A DNA stretch of 64,000 bases, taken from Methanobacteriota archaeon (GTDB lineage Archaea > Undinarchaeota > Undinarchaeia > Undinarchaeales > Undinarchaeaceae). The notes under the pieces are model-generated. The model saw only the letters and a program-made list of their open reading frames with translations, was not told the origin of the DNA and did not search any database. Both the position numbers and the translations under genes were made by a program. This document shows positions 27,679 to 37,389 of this stretch, piece by piece. The stretch is from NCBI GenBank assembly GCA_002687935.1, contig NZBN01000002.1, positions 1 through 64,000 of the forward strand. The letters run 5' to 3'. The stretch's first letter is position 1, and each line of letters opens with the position of its first letter.

Positions 27679-27890
27679 TGGTTCTTCTGAGAAACAGTGA
27701 GATAATGGAAATGTCTGAGAAGGTTATGCAGGAGAAGTTAATCGAGATGCGGAAAGAGCTTCTTACAGAGTACACAAAACTCTCTGCAGGTGGGGTTGCA
27801 GAAAATGCAGGAAAACTCTCTGAAATGAAAAAAACAATCGCAAGAATAAAAACAATAGGAGGTATTAAAGGCTACAAAATCAATGGCTGA
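27678..27890 (+). CDS. rpl29: Ribosomal protein uL29
   Basis: LIEMRKELL, KKTIARIKT; operon order. Confidence 0.9.
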   Translation: MVLLRNSEIMEMSEKVMQEKLIEMRKELLTEYTKLSAGGVAENAGKLSEMKKTIARIKTIGGIKGYKING

Positions 27891-28179
27891 GGATTTAACT
27901 TGTTCAGTATGCGGGCTTCCAAAGGAACTATGTCTTTGTGAAGACGTAAAGCGCGAACAAACAACTGTCACACTCCGTACGGAAAAAAGAACATACGGAA
28001 AACTTGTGACAATTGTGGAAGGTGTAAGTGCTGATATGGTAAAACAAGTTGCTTCTGAGCTCAAAAAAGCATGTGCAACCGGCGGTGCCGTCAAAAACGG
28101 CGCAATCGAACTTCAGGGCGACAATGTCAGGAAGCTTCATAAAATACTGCCAAAAAAGGGGTTCACGGTGTCACAATGA
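27883..28179 (+). CDS. sui1: Translation initiation factor aIF1 (SUI1)
   Basis: CSVCGLPKELCLCE, YGKLVTIVEG, LKKACATGG, IELQGD. Confidence 0.95.
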   Translation: MAEDLTCSVCGLPKELCLCEDVKREQTTVTLRTEKRTYGKLVTIVEGVSADMVKQVASELKKACATGGAVKNGAIELQGDNVRKLHKILPKKGFTVSQ

Positions 28180-28454
28180 TTTCTGAAAAGAACATTGTTC
28201 AACACGAGCTTATAGGGCTGGAAGTGGAGGTGCTTGAGTGCACAGATGCCAGTAAAAAAGGCCTACAAGGTACCGTAATCGACGAAACACAAAGTACATT
28301 AATACTGTCCGATACAAAAGGCGAGTCAAAACGTATTCCCAAGGCTGAATGCACCTTTCGCTTTTCGCTGAAGGGGGACAAAATCTATGTCCTTGGAACT
28401 CTTCTTGTGGGGAGATCTGCGGACAGAACTAAAAAAAGACTAAAAAAATGGTAA
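28176..28454 (+). CDS. rnp1: RNase P protein subunit Rpp29
   Basis: HELIGLEVEV, GTVIDET, IPK..CTFRF, GTLLVGR. Confidence 0.92.
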   Translation: MISEKNIVQHELIGLEVEVLECTDASKKGLQGTVIDETQSTLILSDTKGESKRIPKAECTFRFSLKGDKIYVLGTLLVGRSADRTKKRLKKW

Positions 28455-28795
28455 AAAAAGAAGAAAAAAGCAAAACTGCTCCAAAAGCAGCAGAGAAGAA
28501 AAGCACAGCTCCAGCGGAGCCTGAAATAACTTCTCTTAACTTTTCCACTAAAGGACATCCCTTTAGAGCTATTGTTGTTTCAGATAAAATGAAAAATAGT
28601 GCAGTCGTTGTCAGACACTTTGTCCGAAAAATAACTAAATTCGAGCGATATGAAAAACGTACAACTCGGCTTACCGTTCACAATCCTGAAAGTATCTCAG
28701 CAAAAACAGGGGATGAGGTCATTGTACAGAGTTGCAGACCTATTAGCAAGACAAAGAGTCACACAATAATCAGTGTATTGTCGAGGAGCGAATAA
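28448..28795 (+). CDS. rps17: Ribosomal protein uS17
   Basis: VVSDKMKNSAVV, RYEKR, HNP, CRPISKTK. Confidence 0.94.
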   Translation: MVKKEEKSKTAPKAAEKKSTAPAEPEITSLNFSTKGHPFRAIVVSDKMKNSAVVVRHFVRKITKFERYEKRTTRLTVHNPESISAKTGDEVIVQSCRPISKTKSHTIISVLSRSE

Positions 28796-28796
28796 A

Positions 28797-29225
28797 ATGG
28801 GAAAAGTAAGAAAAAAACTCAAGGTTCATGTTAAGACAAAAGGGGACTTAACTAAGTCTCTTCCAGTCGGAGCAGTTCTTACTTGCGCAGATAATTCTGG
28901 TGCAAAGAAGCTTAGAATCATAGCGGTCAAAACAATGAAAACAAGAAAGAGGCAGATAATGTCTGCGGGTGTTTCTGATATTGCAATGTGCTCAGTAATA
29001 GCCGGAAATCCAGACATTAAAAAGACTGTAGTTCCTGCAGTTATAGTTAGACAGAGAAAGGAATATCTTAGAGTTGATGGAACAAGAATAAAATTCTCAG
29101 ACAATGCTGCAGTTGTCATGACTCCTGAGGGTACCATGAAGGCAACTGAGATTAGAGGACCTGTTGCAAGAGAGGCAGTACAGAAGTGGTCTTCTATTGG
29201 TTCTGCAGCGAAGGTGGTAGTATGA
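28797..29225 (+). CDS. rpl14: Ribosomal protein uL14
   Basis: CADNSGAK, AVIVRQRK, FSDNAAV, GPVAREA; track start 28773. Confidence 0.96.
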   Translation: MGKVRKKLKVHVKTKGDLTKSLPVGAVLTCADNSGAKKLRIIAVKTMKTRKRQIMSAGVSDIAMCSVIAGNPDIKKTVVPAVIVRQRKEYLRVDGTRIKFSDNAAVVMTPEGTMKATEIRGPVAREAVQKWSSIGSAAKVVV

Positions 29226-29728
29226 AGGCAAATTGGTCAACAAGCTGGCTAAGTTCAAAACAACCAAGAAAACAGAGGAAGTATCTGTATAATGCTCCTA
29301 TGCATGCCAGACAGCGTCTTATTTCATCTCACCTCGACAAGAAGCTCAGGGAAAAGCTCGGAACACGTTCAATATCTGTAAGAAAGGGAGATGAAGTTAA
29401 AATAATGAGGGGTTCTTTGAAGGGACTTAAAGGTAAAATTCTCGAGGTTAACTTGGAAACTGGTCGTGTTCAGATAGAGGGTCAGACTCGGGACAAGGTA
29501 GCCGGTGGAAAGGCAGCTATTACATTCCTTCCTTCAAATCTCTTAGTTACTTCACTGAATACTTCAGATAAGCTTCGTTTTAAGAGGGTTGCAAAATCAA
29601 AGAGACCTGAACTCAAGGCAGTTTCTCCGAAGAAAAGTCCTAAAAAAGAAGGTTCCAATACTGAAAAGAAGGATGAAAAACCTGAGGTCAAATCAGATTC
29701 AAAAAGTTCAAAGGAGGAAAAGAAATAA
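29222..29728 (+). CDS. rpl24: Ribosomal protein uL24
   Basis: SKQPRKQRK..YNAP, VRKGDEVKIMRG, PSNL; ATGA overlap with rpl14. Confidence 0.95.
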   Translation: MKANWSTSWLSSKQPRKQRKYLYNAPMHARQRLISSHLDKKLREKLGTRSISVRKGDEVKIMRGSLKGLKGKILEVNLETGRVQIEGQTRDKVAGGKAAITFLPSNLLVTSLNTSDKLRFKRVAKSKRPELKAVSPKKSPKKEGSNTEKKDEKPEVKSDSKSSKEEKK

Positions 29729-30381
29729 TGCCTCACATTAAGCGTCTAAACGCACCAAGAAGCTGGCCTGTAGAAAGGAAGACTCAGCCTTGGGTAACTA
29801 GTGCAGTTCCGGGAGCTCACACTACAACTGAAGGAATTCCCCTGCGTTCACTTATCAGGGATGTTCTGGGTCATGCTAGAACTGCCAAGGAAGTTCTCAA
29901 TATACTGAAAACAAGAAAAATACTTGTCAATGGACGGGTTGTAACAGAGCCACGGTTTTCTGTCGGGGCTATGGATGTTCTAGATCTTGGTGAGGAAGGG
30001 AGATTCCTTGTTACTCTAACTCGCAGAGGAAAAATCCAACTGGAGTCTTACAGTAAAGATTACAGGTTTTGCAGAATCGAGGGAAAAACTCTTTTAAAGG
30101 GTGGTAAGGTTCAGTTGAATCTCTGGGGTGGTTCAAATATTTTAGTTCCAAAGGATGAGTTTAGTACAGGGGATTCTCTAAAACTTGGTCTTAAAGACGG
30201 CAAACTTTCAGGTAAAATCGAGCTAAAAACTGGAGGAAGTGCATATGTTCTTTCCGGAAACAATGTTGGAAGGACAGGTAAGATTAAGAACATTGATGAA
30301 AAAACCAAAGAGGTGGTTCTGGAAGAAGGCAAAGACGAGTTCAAAACCCGTTTAAGCCGACTATTTCCTGTTGAGAAATGA
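29728..30381 (+). CDS. rps4e: Ribosomal protein eS4
   Basis: HIKRLNAPRSW, PGAH, LIRDVLG, VGAMDV. Confidence 0.94.
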   Translation: MPHIKRLNAPRSWPVERKTQPWVTSAVPGAHTTTEGIPLRSLIRDVLGHARTAKEVLNILKTRKILVNGRVVTEPRFSVGAMDVLDLGEEGRFLVTLTRRGKIQLESYSKDYRFCRIEGKTLLKGGKVQLNLWGGSNILVPKDEFSTGDSLKLGLKDGKLSGKIELKTGGSAYVLSGNNVGRTGKIKNIDEKTKEVVLEEGKDEFKTRLSRLFPVEK

Positions 30382-30887
30382 TAAAAATATCAAAAGTTAG
30401 CGTAAACATTGGTGCTGGTGGAGAGAAAGACAAATTGAATAAGGCTGAGATCCTTCTTAGCAGAATGTTCACTGCAAAACCGGTCCGGACTGTTGCAAAA
30501 GCTGCAATTCCAGAATTTAATGTCAAAAAGAACGGCCAAGTCGGCGTCAAACTTACACTGAGAGGCGAAGATGCAAACACCTTCCTCAATCAGGCCTTCG
30601 AGGCAGTTGAAAACGAGCTAAAACCAACGCAGATTGACAGAGAGGGAAATCTGTCCTTCGGAGTTGTGGAGTATATGGACCTTCCGCATATGAAGTATGA
30701 CCCTGATGTAGGTATGTTTGGAATGAATGTGTCTGTACATCTTGTAAAACCTGGAGCAAGGATTGCCCAGAGAAAGATAAAAAAGACTAGACTTCCAAAA
30801 AAGAATCGCGTTTCCTATGATGAATCCAGACAGTTCTTTGAGAAGAACTACACAATAAAGTTCGTTGAACCGGAGGAATATGACTAA
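30378..30887 (+). CDS. rpl5: Ribosomal protein uL5
   Basis: KVSVNIGAG, GVKLTLRG, GNLSFG, YDPDVGMFGM. Confidence 0.96.
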   Translation: MIKISKVSVNIGAGGEKDKLNKAEILLSRMFTAKPVRTVAKAAIPEFNVKKNGQVGVKLTLRGEDANTFLNQAFEAVENELKPTQIDREGNLSFGVVEYMDLPHMKYDPDVGMFGMNVSVHLVKPGARIAQRKIKKTRLPKKNRVSYDESRQFFEKNYTIKFVEPEEYD

Positions 30888-31033
30888 TGGCTTCACGAAA
30901 AATAGGAAAAACATCTCTTAATTGCACTCTGTGCAAGAGCTACAACAGAAAAGTGAGGAAATACGGAATAAATCTATGTGGACGGTGCTTCAGGGAAGAG
31001 GCTCCGAGGATAGGATTCAAAAAATTCAATTGA
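30887..31033 (+). CDS. rps14: Ribosomal protein uS14 (not in ORF track)
   Basis: Hand translation MASRKIGKTSLNCTLCKSYNRKVRKYGINLCGRCFREEAPRIGFKKFN*. Confidence 0.93.
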   Translation: MASRKIGKTSLNCTLCKSYNRKVRKYGINLCGRCFREEAPRIGFKKFN

Positions 31034-31043
31034 GGTAAAAAAA

Positions 31044-31433
31044 ATGATGCATGACCCCCTTTCAGATGCTATGGTGAACATACAGAACTATTCAAATAAC
31101 GGCAAGTCTGAATGTACAGTTCTTATTGCTTCCAATATGCTAAAAAACGTTCTTGAGGTTTTCAAAAATAAAGGATATATTGCTGATTTCAAAGAAGAAG
31201 AAAATCGAAAGGGTGGAGCTTTCAATGTAGCGCTTATCAGAAAAATAAGCAAGTGTGGAGTTATCAAACCAAGATTCCCAGTTCAACTATCTGACATAGA
31301 AAAGTATGAACGACGTTATTTGCCTGCAAAAGGAGTCGGTCACATAATATTGAGCACTTCTCAGGGAATTCTTACTCATGAAGAGGCATATGAGAAAAAA
31401 ATAGGGGGCGTCCTTCTGGCGTATATATACTAA
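31044..31433 (+). CDS. rps8: Ribosomal protein uS8
   Basis: DPLSDA, GVIKPRFPV, STSQGILTH, GGVLLAY. Confidence 0.96.
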   Translation: MMHDPLSDAMVNIQNYSNNGKSECTVLIASNMLKNVLEVFKNKGYIADFKEEENRKGGAFNVALIRKISKCGVIKPRFPVQLSDIEKYERRYLPAKGVGHIILSTSQGILTHEEAYEKKIGGVLLAYIY

Positions 31434-31963
31434 TGGCTGAAAATCATTCAAAAATTGTTGAAGTACCCTCCGAAGTTATTGTCGAAGTTCAGGGCTCAGT
31501 TCTCAAGGCAAATGGTGAAAAGGGCGCAATAGAAAGAGAGCTGGTTTATCCTGGGGTTTCTTTCAGAAAAAAAGACAGTTCAGTTATATTTGAATCAAAA
31601 AATGACAGGAAGGAATTCAAGGCAATCATCGGTACATATGCTTCACATCTCAGGAATATGATAAAGGGAGTTTCAGAAGGATATGAATATACTTTGAATA
31701 TTGTTTATACACATTTTCCAATCACTCTAAAAGAAGAAAATGGAGTTGTTGAGGTTCACAATTTCTATGGGGAAAAAGTTCCCCGCAAGGCAAAGATTTT
31801 GGATGGAGTCGAAGTTGAGCTCCAAAAAGAGAAGGTCATTGTTTCAGGAATTGATAAAGAGAATGTAGGCCAGACTGCAAGTAATATCCAGAATGCAACA
31901 AAGTTAAGAGGGAGGGACACTCGAATATTCCAGGATGGAATATATGTCGTATCAAAGAAATGA
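31433..31963 (+). CDS. rpl6: Ribosomal protein uL6
   Basis: YTHFPI, NFYGEK.PR, GQTASNI, RDTRIFQDGIY. Confidence 0.96.
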   Translation: MAENHSKIVEVPSEVIVEVQGSVLKANGEKGAIERELVYPGVSFRKKDSSVIFESKNDRKEFKAIIGTYASHLRNMIKGVSEGYEYTLNIVYTHFPITLKEENGVVEVHNFYGEKVPRKAKILDGVEVELQKEKVIVSGIDKENVGQTASNIQNATKLRGRDTRIFQDGIYVVSKK

Positions 31964-32331
31964 CTACTATAAATGAAAGAAAATCACTTATTAAAAGGCT
32001 CAGGAAGAAAAAACCAGTCTTCAGGAGACAGGAATCAACAAGATACAAACGTGTTCCAACTAAGTGGAAGGCTCCAAAAGGACGCCAGAGTAAACAAAGG
32101 CTTGGAAAGGGTGGAAGTCCAAAGACTCCTGGAAAAGGTTATGGCACTCCTAAAATAGTAAGAGGTCTACATCCTTCCGGTTATGAAGATATTTTGATAA
32201 AAAATCTAAAAGAATTGGAAGCGATTGAACCTAAGACTCAGGCAGTCCGCTTTTCAACACGCCTCGGTCAGAACAAAATTAATGGTTTCAGAGAGGCTGC
32301 AAAAAAAATCGGGATAAAGGTGCTTAACTAA
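31960..32331 (+). CDS. rpl32e: Ribosomal protein eL32
   Basis: KPVFRRQES, WKAPKG, GYGTP, RGLHPSG. Confidence 0.95.
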   Translation: MTTINERKSLIKRLRKKKPVFRRQESTRYKRVPTKWKAPKGRQSKQRLGKGGSPKTPGKGYGTPKIVRGLHPSGYEDILIKNLKELEAIEPKTQAVRFSTRLGQNKINGFREAAKKIGIKVLN

Positions 32332-32783
32332 TGAAAAGAAGGGGAGAGGCAAACACACAAAGAAGACTCGCTGCAAGCGTTCTTAAAGTGGGTCAGACTC
32401 GTGTATGGTTCGATCCAGAGGCTCTTGACGAAGTAAACAGTGCAATGACAAGAGGCGACATTAGAAAGTTCATTGGTCTTGGTTACATCAAAAAGAAGCC
32501 TGCAGTTGGAAATTCACGCGGTCGAATACGACTAAGGCAGAAACAGAAAGCAAAAGGCAGGCAAAAGGGACAAGGAAAAAGAAGAGGTACTGCTAATGCA
32601 AGACTTGGAAAGAAAAGTAAGTGGATGGTCAAAATACGGGGGCAGAGATCACTTCTAAAACATCTGAGGGATTCAGAAAAAATAAGCAAAACAGTATACA
32701 GGAAGGCATACAGGCTGGCAAAGGCTGGTTCTTTTAAACATAAGGCTCACCTTAAAACATATCTAAGGGGTAAATCAGAATGA
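32331..32783 (+). CDS. rpl19e: Ribosomal protein eL19
   Basis: QRRLAASVLKVG..RVWFDP, GKRRGT, YRLAKAG. Confidence 0.95.
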   Translation: MKRRGEANTQRRLAASVLKVGQTRVWFDPEALDEVNSAMTRGDIRKFIGLGYIKKKPAVGNSRGRIRLRQKQKAKGRQKGQGKRRGTANARLGKKSKWMVKIRGQRSLLKHLRDSEKISKTVYRKAYRLAKAGSFKHKAHLKTYLRGKSE

Positions 32784-33364
32784 AAAGAAGAAAAATATCA
32801 GATTTCAGAAGGAGAAAGAGTAATCAGACGGATTATAGAAAGCGCTTGTCTCTTCTAAAATCAGGAAAGCCAAGATTGGTAGTTAGAAAGAGTCTCAAGA
32901 ATATACAAGTTCAGCTTGTTAATTACACTGATAGTGGTGATACAATTCTTGCTTCAGCATCATCTACTGAATTAAATAAACTTGGGTGGAATTATAGCTG
33001 TTCTAATATTCCTGCTGCATATCTTACTGGACTTCTTTGCGGAACAAGGTCAAAGGTAGCAAAAGTTAAAGCCGCTGTTCTTGATACTGGTTTGTATCGT
33101 CCAATAGCCGGTTCAAAACTGTATGCTGCTGCAAAAGGAGCCTCTGATACAGGTCTAGAAGTTCCACATGGAGATTCAGAGAAACTTTCAGAAGAGAGAC
33201 TTTCCGGAGCTCACATAGCCAGCTATGCAGAGACTTTGGAAAAGGACAACAAGGAAAAATATGAGTCTCAGTTCTCTCACTATATTTCTTCAAAAACGAA
33301 TCCAAAGGACATTCAAAAGCAATTTGAAGCAACTAAAAAGAAAATAATGGAGGCTAAGAAATGA
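32780..33364 (+). CDS. rpl18: Ribosomal protein uL18
   Basis: RRRK..TDYRKR, PRLVVRKS, NIPAAYLTG. Confidence 0.96.
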   Translation: MKRRKISDFRRRKSNQTDYRKRLSLLKSGKPRLVVRKSLKNIQVQLVNYTDSGDTILASASSTELNKLGWNYSCSNIPAAYLTGLLCGTRSKVAKVKAAVLDTGLYRPIAGSKLYAAAKGASDTGLEVPHGDSEKLSEERLSGAHIASYAETLEKDNKEKYESQFSHYISSKTNPKDIQKQFEATKKKIMEAKK

Positions 33365-34161
33365 GCAACGAAGAAAAGACAAGCCCAGCTGAAACAAAAG
33401 TTGCTGCTCAAGCAACAGAAGAAAAAACAAGCCCCACTGTAACTAAAGCGACTGTTCCAGCAACAGAAGAAAAGGCAAAAACAGGAGCGCAGGGTGGCAA
33501 AAGAGAACGTTCAAAATTCGGAAGGCGTTCTTCTATTGATTTAGAAAATTGGAAACCTAAGACAGAACTTGGTCGGGAAGTTCTTGCTGGTGACTATGAG
33601 TCACTTGATGTAGTCTGGGATAATGGAAAGGTCATCAGAGAGCCAGAGATAGTGGATTCACTACTTCCGGGGCTTGAAGAAAGAATATTAAAAATTGGAA
33701 AGGGTCAGCGACCATTTAAATGGGTTCAGAGAATGACGGACTCAGGTCGAAGAAGTAAGTATTTCGTAGCAGCAGCTGTTGGAGATAAAAACGGCTATGT
33801 TGGTTTTGGAATTGGCAGAGCAAAGGACTTCAGTGGTGCAATTTCCCAGGCTATGCGAAAGGCAAGACTCAATCTAACTAAAGTTGAATTCGGAAGCGGT
33901 TCTTGGGATGAAGCTTCTTCTGAAGGAAAACATTCAATTCCTCATAAGGTTACTGGTAAGTGCAGTAGCGTAAGTCTGGATTTACTCCCTGCTCCTAAGG
34001 GAACTGGGCTTGTTGCTAACAAGATATCAAGTGATTTAATTTCACTTGCAGGTATTTCTGACTTGTGGACCAAATCTCGCGGTCACACTAAAACAAGAGT
34101 TAATATGGCAGCTGCAACATTCAATGCACTCAAAAAACTAAGCAGGTATAACAATGGCTGA
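33361..34161 (+). CDS. rps5: Ribosomal protein uS5 with repeat-containing N-terminal extension
   Basis: WKPKTELG, VQRMTDSGR, GHTKTRVN. Confidence 0.95.
   Translation: MSNEEKTSPAETKVAAQATEEKTSPTVTKATVPATEEKAKTGAQGGKRERSKFGRRSSIDLENWKPKTELGREVLAGDYESLDVVWDNGKVIREPEIVDSLLPGLEERILKIGKGQRPFKWVQRMTDSGRRSKYFVAAAVGDKNGYVGFGIGRAKDFSGAISQAMRKARLNLTKVEFGSGSWDEASSEGKHSIPHKVTGKCSSVSLDLLPAPKGTGLVANKISSDLISLAGISDLWTKSRGHTKTRVNMAAATFNALKKLSRYNNG
33370..33477 (+). repeat. 48-bp (16-aa) tandem repeat in the rps5 N-terminus
   Basis: EEKTSPAETKVAAQAT / EEKTSPTVTKATVPAT / EEKA. Confidence 0.75.
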
Positions 34162-34537
34162 AGAAAATAAAACAGAGAATGAGAAAGGTGGAAAACTATG
34201 TGTAGTTCTTCTTAGAGGGAAAGTTGGTGCAGGACCTAAGATAAAGGAAACTCTCAAAACACTCAATCTAAATGCTGTTAATAATTGTATAATTCTGGAA
34301 AATAATGCATCTACAATTGGTGCTCTGAGAATTTTACAGGGTTACATAACTTGGGGTGAAATTGACGCTTCACTTGAAAAAGACATCAAAGCTGCAGGCA
34401 AGGAGAAGATTCCATACAGACTTCATCCTCCTCGTGGCGGTTTGGAAAGAAAAGGTAAGAGAAATTTGTTCAATAAAGGTGGAGCTCTTGGTTACAGAGG
34501 CTCCAATATAAATTCACTTGTAAGGAGAATGTTATGA
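34154..34537 (+). CDS. rpl30: Ribosomal protein uL30
   Basis: TLKTLNL, YITWGEI, RLHPPRGG, LGYRG..IN.LVRRM. Confidence 0.94.
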   Translation: MAEENKTENEKGGKLCVVLLRGKVGAGPKIKETLKTLNLNAVNNCIILENNASTIGALRILQGYITWGEIDASLEKDIKAAGKEKIPYRLHPPRGGLERKGKRNLFNKGGALGYRGSNINSLVRRML

Positions 34538-34989
34538 GTACTACCAATAAAAAAATAAGAAAGTACCGCGGAAGAAAAACAGGTGGTGGCGCCAAGAAGA
34601 AAAGAAGAGGTGCAGGAAATCGCGGAGGTCGTGGAAACGCCGGACGCTGGGATCACAAGAAGATGACTGCCCGTGCAAGAGATTTGACTAACAAGAAACT
34701 CAAGCCAGTAAATGAAAAACTACCTGCAATTAACCTAAGTCAGGTCGAGTCTATAGCAATAAGAGATAATTTAAAGGACATAGACCTTAGCGGATACAAA
34801 GTTCTTGGCGAAGGAAGCTTGACAAGGGCACTTTCTATAAAGGCTGCAAGCTTTTCCAAGTCAGCAGCTGCAAAAATAAAGAAAACCGGAGGAAAAATTG
34901 AGGGAGCTGTGTCCGCTGAAGGGGGGGCATCAGAACCCGAAACTGTAACAGAGGATGTCATTTCAGAGGATACTTCAGAATCTTCCTAG
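34534..34989 (+). CDS. rpl15: Ribosomal protein uL15
   Basis: RKYRG..GGG..RRGAGNRGGRG, YKVLGEG, KIKKTGG. Confidence 0.94.
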   Translation: MSTTNKKIRKYRGRKTGGGAKKKRRGAGNRGGRGNAGRWDHKKMTARARDLTNKKLKPVNEKLPAINLSQVESIAIRDNLKDIDLSGYKVLGEGSLTRALSIKAASFSKSAAAKIKKTGGKIEGAVSAEGGASEPETVTEDVISEDTSESS

Positions 34990-36367
34990 TGTAGCAAAAC
35001 CGTCAAAGACTCTTAGCTTCAAAGAGAAGTTAAAGTGGACGGCTCTACCTCTTATTGCATTTTTTATTCTTGGTGAAGTAGCTCTCTTTGGTCTTGAGTC
35101 TGGGGCTACAGGCGGCGATATTTTCGGAAGCCTTAGGGCAATTCTCGCCACAAGCTTCGGAACCGTTCTTACTTTAGGTATTGGTCCTCTTGTTATGGGG
35201 AGTATTATTCTTCAGCTTCTTAATGGAGCTGGTGTGTTCAAGTTCGATATGAGCACACCTGAAGGAAAAGCAACTTATCAGGGAGCTCAAAAGATACTTG
35301 CTCTTGCTTTTACACTCTTTGAGGCAGCTGTCTTAGTTATATCAGGACAGATTGCTGCATCTTCTGTTTTGGCGGCGTCAAAAGGACTGATGTTCGCTAA
35401 TTCAATTGTAATTGCACAGATTGTTCTCGGTGGTCTCATAATCATATATCTGGATGAAGTTGTTTCAAAATGGGGTTTCAGTTCAGGTATCAGCCTCTTT
35501 ATTGCTGCAGGCGTTTCACTTGAAATAATTACAAGGTCTCTTGACCCTTTCAGATTAGGTCCTGGACAGCCTATTAACGGAGCGATTCCAGCATTTATAT
35601 CTTCACTAGTTGGAGGTTCAATTCAATTTATTCGTGTCCATCCAAACGATATGCTTGCCCTTCTTGCGACTATTATTGTTTTCATAGTTACCATGTACGC
35701 GCAAACTATGAAGGTAGAAGTTCCAATATCTTATGGAAGAATTCGTGGCTTTGCAAGGAGATATCCTCTCCCTCTAGTATATGCTTCGAATATGCCTGTC
35801 ATCTTCATAGCCGCTCTTATTGCAAACCTGAATTTCTGGGTTGCTATGCTGAATAAGGCTGGAATAAATCTTCTTGGTTACTTTGACCCTGCAGGTGGAG
35901 CACATGGATTTATTTTCTTTGTCAGCCCGTACACATCATTTGCAAAGGATTTGATACAGAGAAATGTAGGTGGAGTAGATATTTTGCATGCTTTTGTGTA
36001 TTTCCTTGTAGTAGTTCTTGGGTCTATTATGTTCTCAAAACTGTGGGTTGGAATTTCAGGAACAAACTCAAAAGCACTTGCTGAAAAACTCATGAATTCT
36101 GGGATGCAAATTCCTGGTTTCAGGTCCGATACAAGAATTATAGAAAAGGTTCTTGACCGTTACATTCCTTCATTAACTGTTCTTGGAGGGGCATTTGTAG
36201 GTGCTCTTGCGGCTATTGCGGAGTTCAGTGGTGCTCTTGGAGGCGGAACAGGAGTTCTCCTTACAGTAGGTATAATATATCAACTCTATCAAGAAATAGC
36301 ATCTGAACAGCTCATGGAAATGCACCCCGCAATAAGGGGTTTCCTTGGTGAAGGGGGTCTAATATGA
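34955..36367 (+). CDS. secY: Preprotein translocase SecY
   Basis: LGIGPLV, SKWGFSSGISLFI, YASNMP, QIPGFR, GTGVLL. Confidence 0.97.
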   Translation: MSFQRILQNLPSVAKPSKTLSFKEKLKWTALPLIAFFILGEVALFGLESGATGGDIFGSLRAILATSFGTVLTLGIGPLVMGSIILQLLNGAGVFKFDMSTPEGKATYQGAQKILALAFTLFEAAVLVISGQIAASSVLAASKGLMFANSIVIAQIVLGGLIIIYLDEVVSKWGFSSGISLFIAAGVSLEIITRSLDPFRLGPGQPINGAIPAFISSLVGGSIQFIRVHPNDMLALLATIIVFIVTMYAQTMKVEVPISYGRIRGFARRYPLPLVYASNMPVIFIAALIANLNFWVAMLNKAGINLLGYFDPAGGAHGFIFFVSPYTSFAKDLIQRNVGGVDILHAFVYFLVVVLGSIMFSKLWVGISGTNSKALAEKLMNSGMQIPGFRSDTRIIEKVLDRYIPSLTVLGGAFVGALAAIAEFSGALGGGTGVLLTVGIIYQLYQEIASEQLMEMHPAIRGFLGEGGLI

Positions 36368-36933
36368 AGAACAGAATAATTGCACTGACTGGTGTTCCCG
36401 GTTCCGGGAAGACAACAGTTCTCAAGAAAGCTCTTAGTATGGCTTCTAATGTTTCTGTTGTAAATTTTGCAGATGTTATGCTCGGTGTTGGAGAAGAACT
36501 TGGTCTTGGTTCTGACCACGACGCAATACGGAAACAACCTCTTGATGTTCAGAAAGAGCTCCAGAAGAAGGCAGCGAAAAAGATAGCAAAGGATGCCAGC
36601 GGGATAACAATAGTTGATACGCATGCTACAATCAAGACCAAGGACGGTTATTTGCCAGGACTTCCTCAATGGGTCCTTTCTGTACTTAATCCGTCAACAA
36701 TAGTTATTGTAGAAGCTTCAAGCAAGGACATAAATCTCAGAAGGCAAATGGACAAGTCTAGAAGCCGGGATGATGATGGAGAAGTTGGAATAGAACTTCA
36801 TCAGGAGTTAAATCGGGCAATTTCTCTTGCATATGCAGCAGCATCAGGGGCAACAGTTAAGATAATTATAAATGAGCAGAATAAGCTTGAAGAGGCTTCC
36901 AAAACACTTCTCGATTTACTGGGAGGAAACTAA
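36364..36933 (+). CDS. adkA: Archaeal adenylate kinase
   Basis: GVPGSGKTT, DTHATIKT..GYLPGLP; follows secY. Confidence 0.95.
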   Translation: MKNRIIALTGVPGSGKTTVLKKALSMASNVSVVNFADVMLGVGEELGLGSDHDAIRKQPLDVQKELQKKAAKKIAKDASGITIVDTHATIKTKDGYLPGLPQWVLSVLNPSTIVIVEASSKDINLRRQMDKSRSRDDDGEVGIELHQELNRAISLAYAAASGATVKIIINEQNKLEEASKTLLDLLGGN

Positions 36934-37388
36934 TGAGTATTCTCTCAAGTCCTATGTATTTTATTATGGTAGTTTCCGCCGTCCTAACTCTGACTCTTTC
37001 TCTTGTAAATAAGGTTTTCACAGATCCTGAAAGAATGAAGGAAATACAGGCTATTATGAAATCATATAACAAGGAATTGATGGCGGCCACTAGAGCTAAG
37101 GATAGTGAAAAACTGGAGAAACTCCAGAAGGAAAAATCAAAGATTTCTCAAATGCAACAGGAAATGATGAAGATGCAGAAGCCAATCTTCCTTTCAATGA
37201 TTCCTTTTCTGGTTGTGTTCTATTTTCTTGGGAAGCTTGCTACAGGTCAGGGCTGGGGAGAATTTATTCAACTTCCTTTTACAATAAGTCTTTTTAGTGT
37301 AGGTAATGATTTGACTTGGATTGGATGGTATATGTGGTGCTCACTCCCCTTTACTATGCTTTTCAGAAAAGCACTTGGAATAAGTTAA
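36933..37388 (+). CDS. DUF106 / EMC3-TMCO1 (Oxa1 superfamily) membrane protein
   Basis: TM-coiled coil-TM, WYMWCS; conserved position after adk. Confidence 0.88.
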   Translation: MSILSSPMYFIMVVSAVLTLTLSLVNKVFTDPERMKEIQAIMKSYNKELMAATRAKDSEKLEKLQKEKSKISQMQQEMMKMQKPIFLSMIPFLVVFYFLGKLATGQGWGEFIQLPFTISLFSVGNDLTWIGWYMWCSLPFTMLFRKALGIS

Positions 37389-37389
37389 A

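Noticed and set aside
30887-31033. Apparent absence of uS14 and eL39 from the ORF track
   Set aside because: Both are intact and were just below the track's length cutoff.
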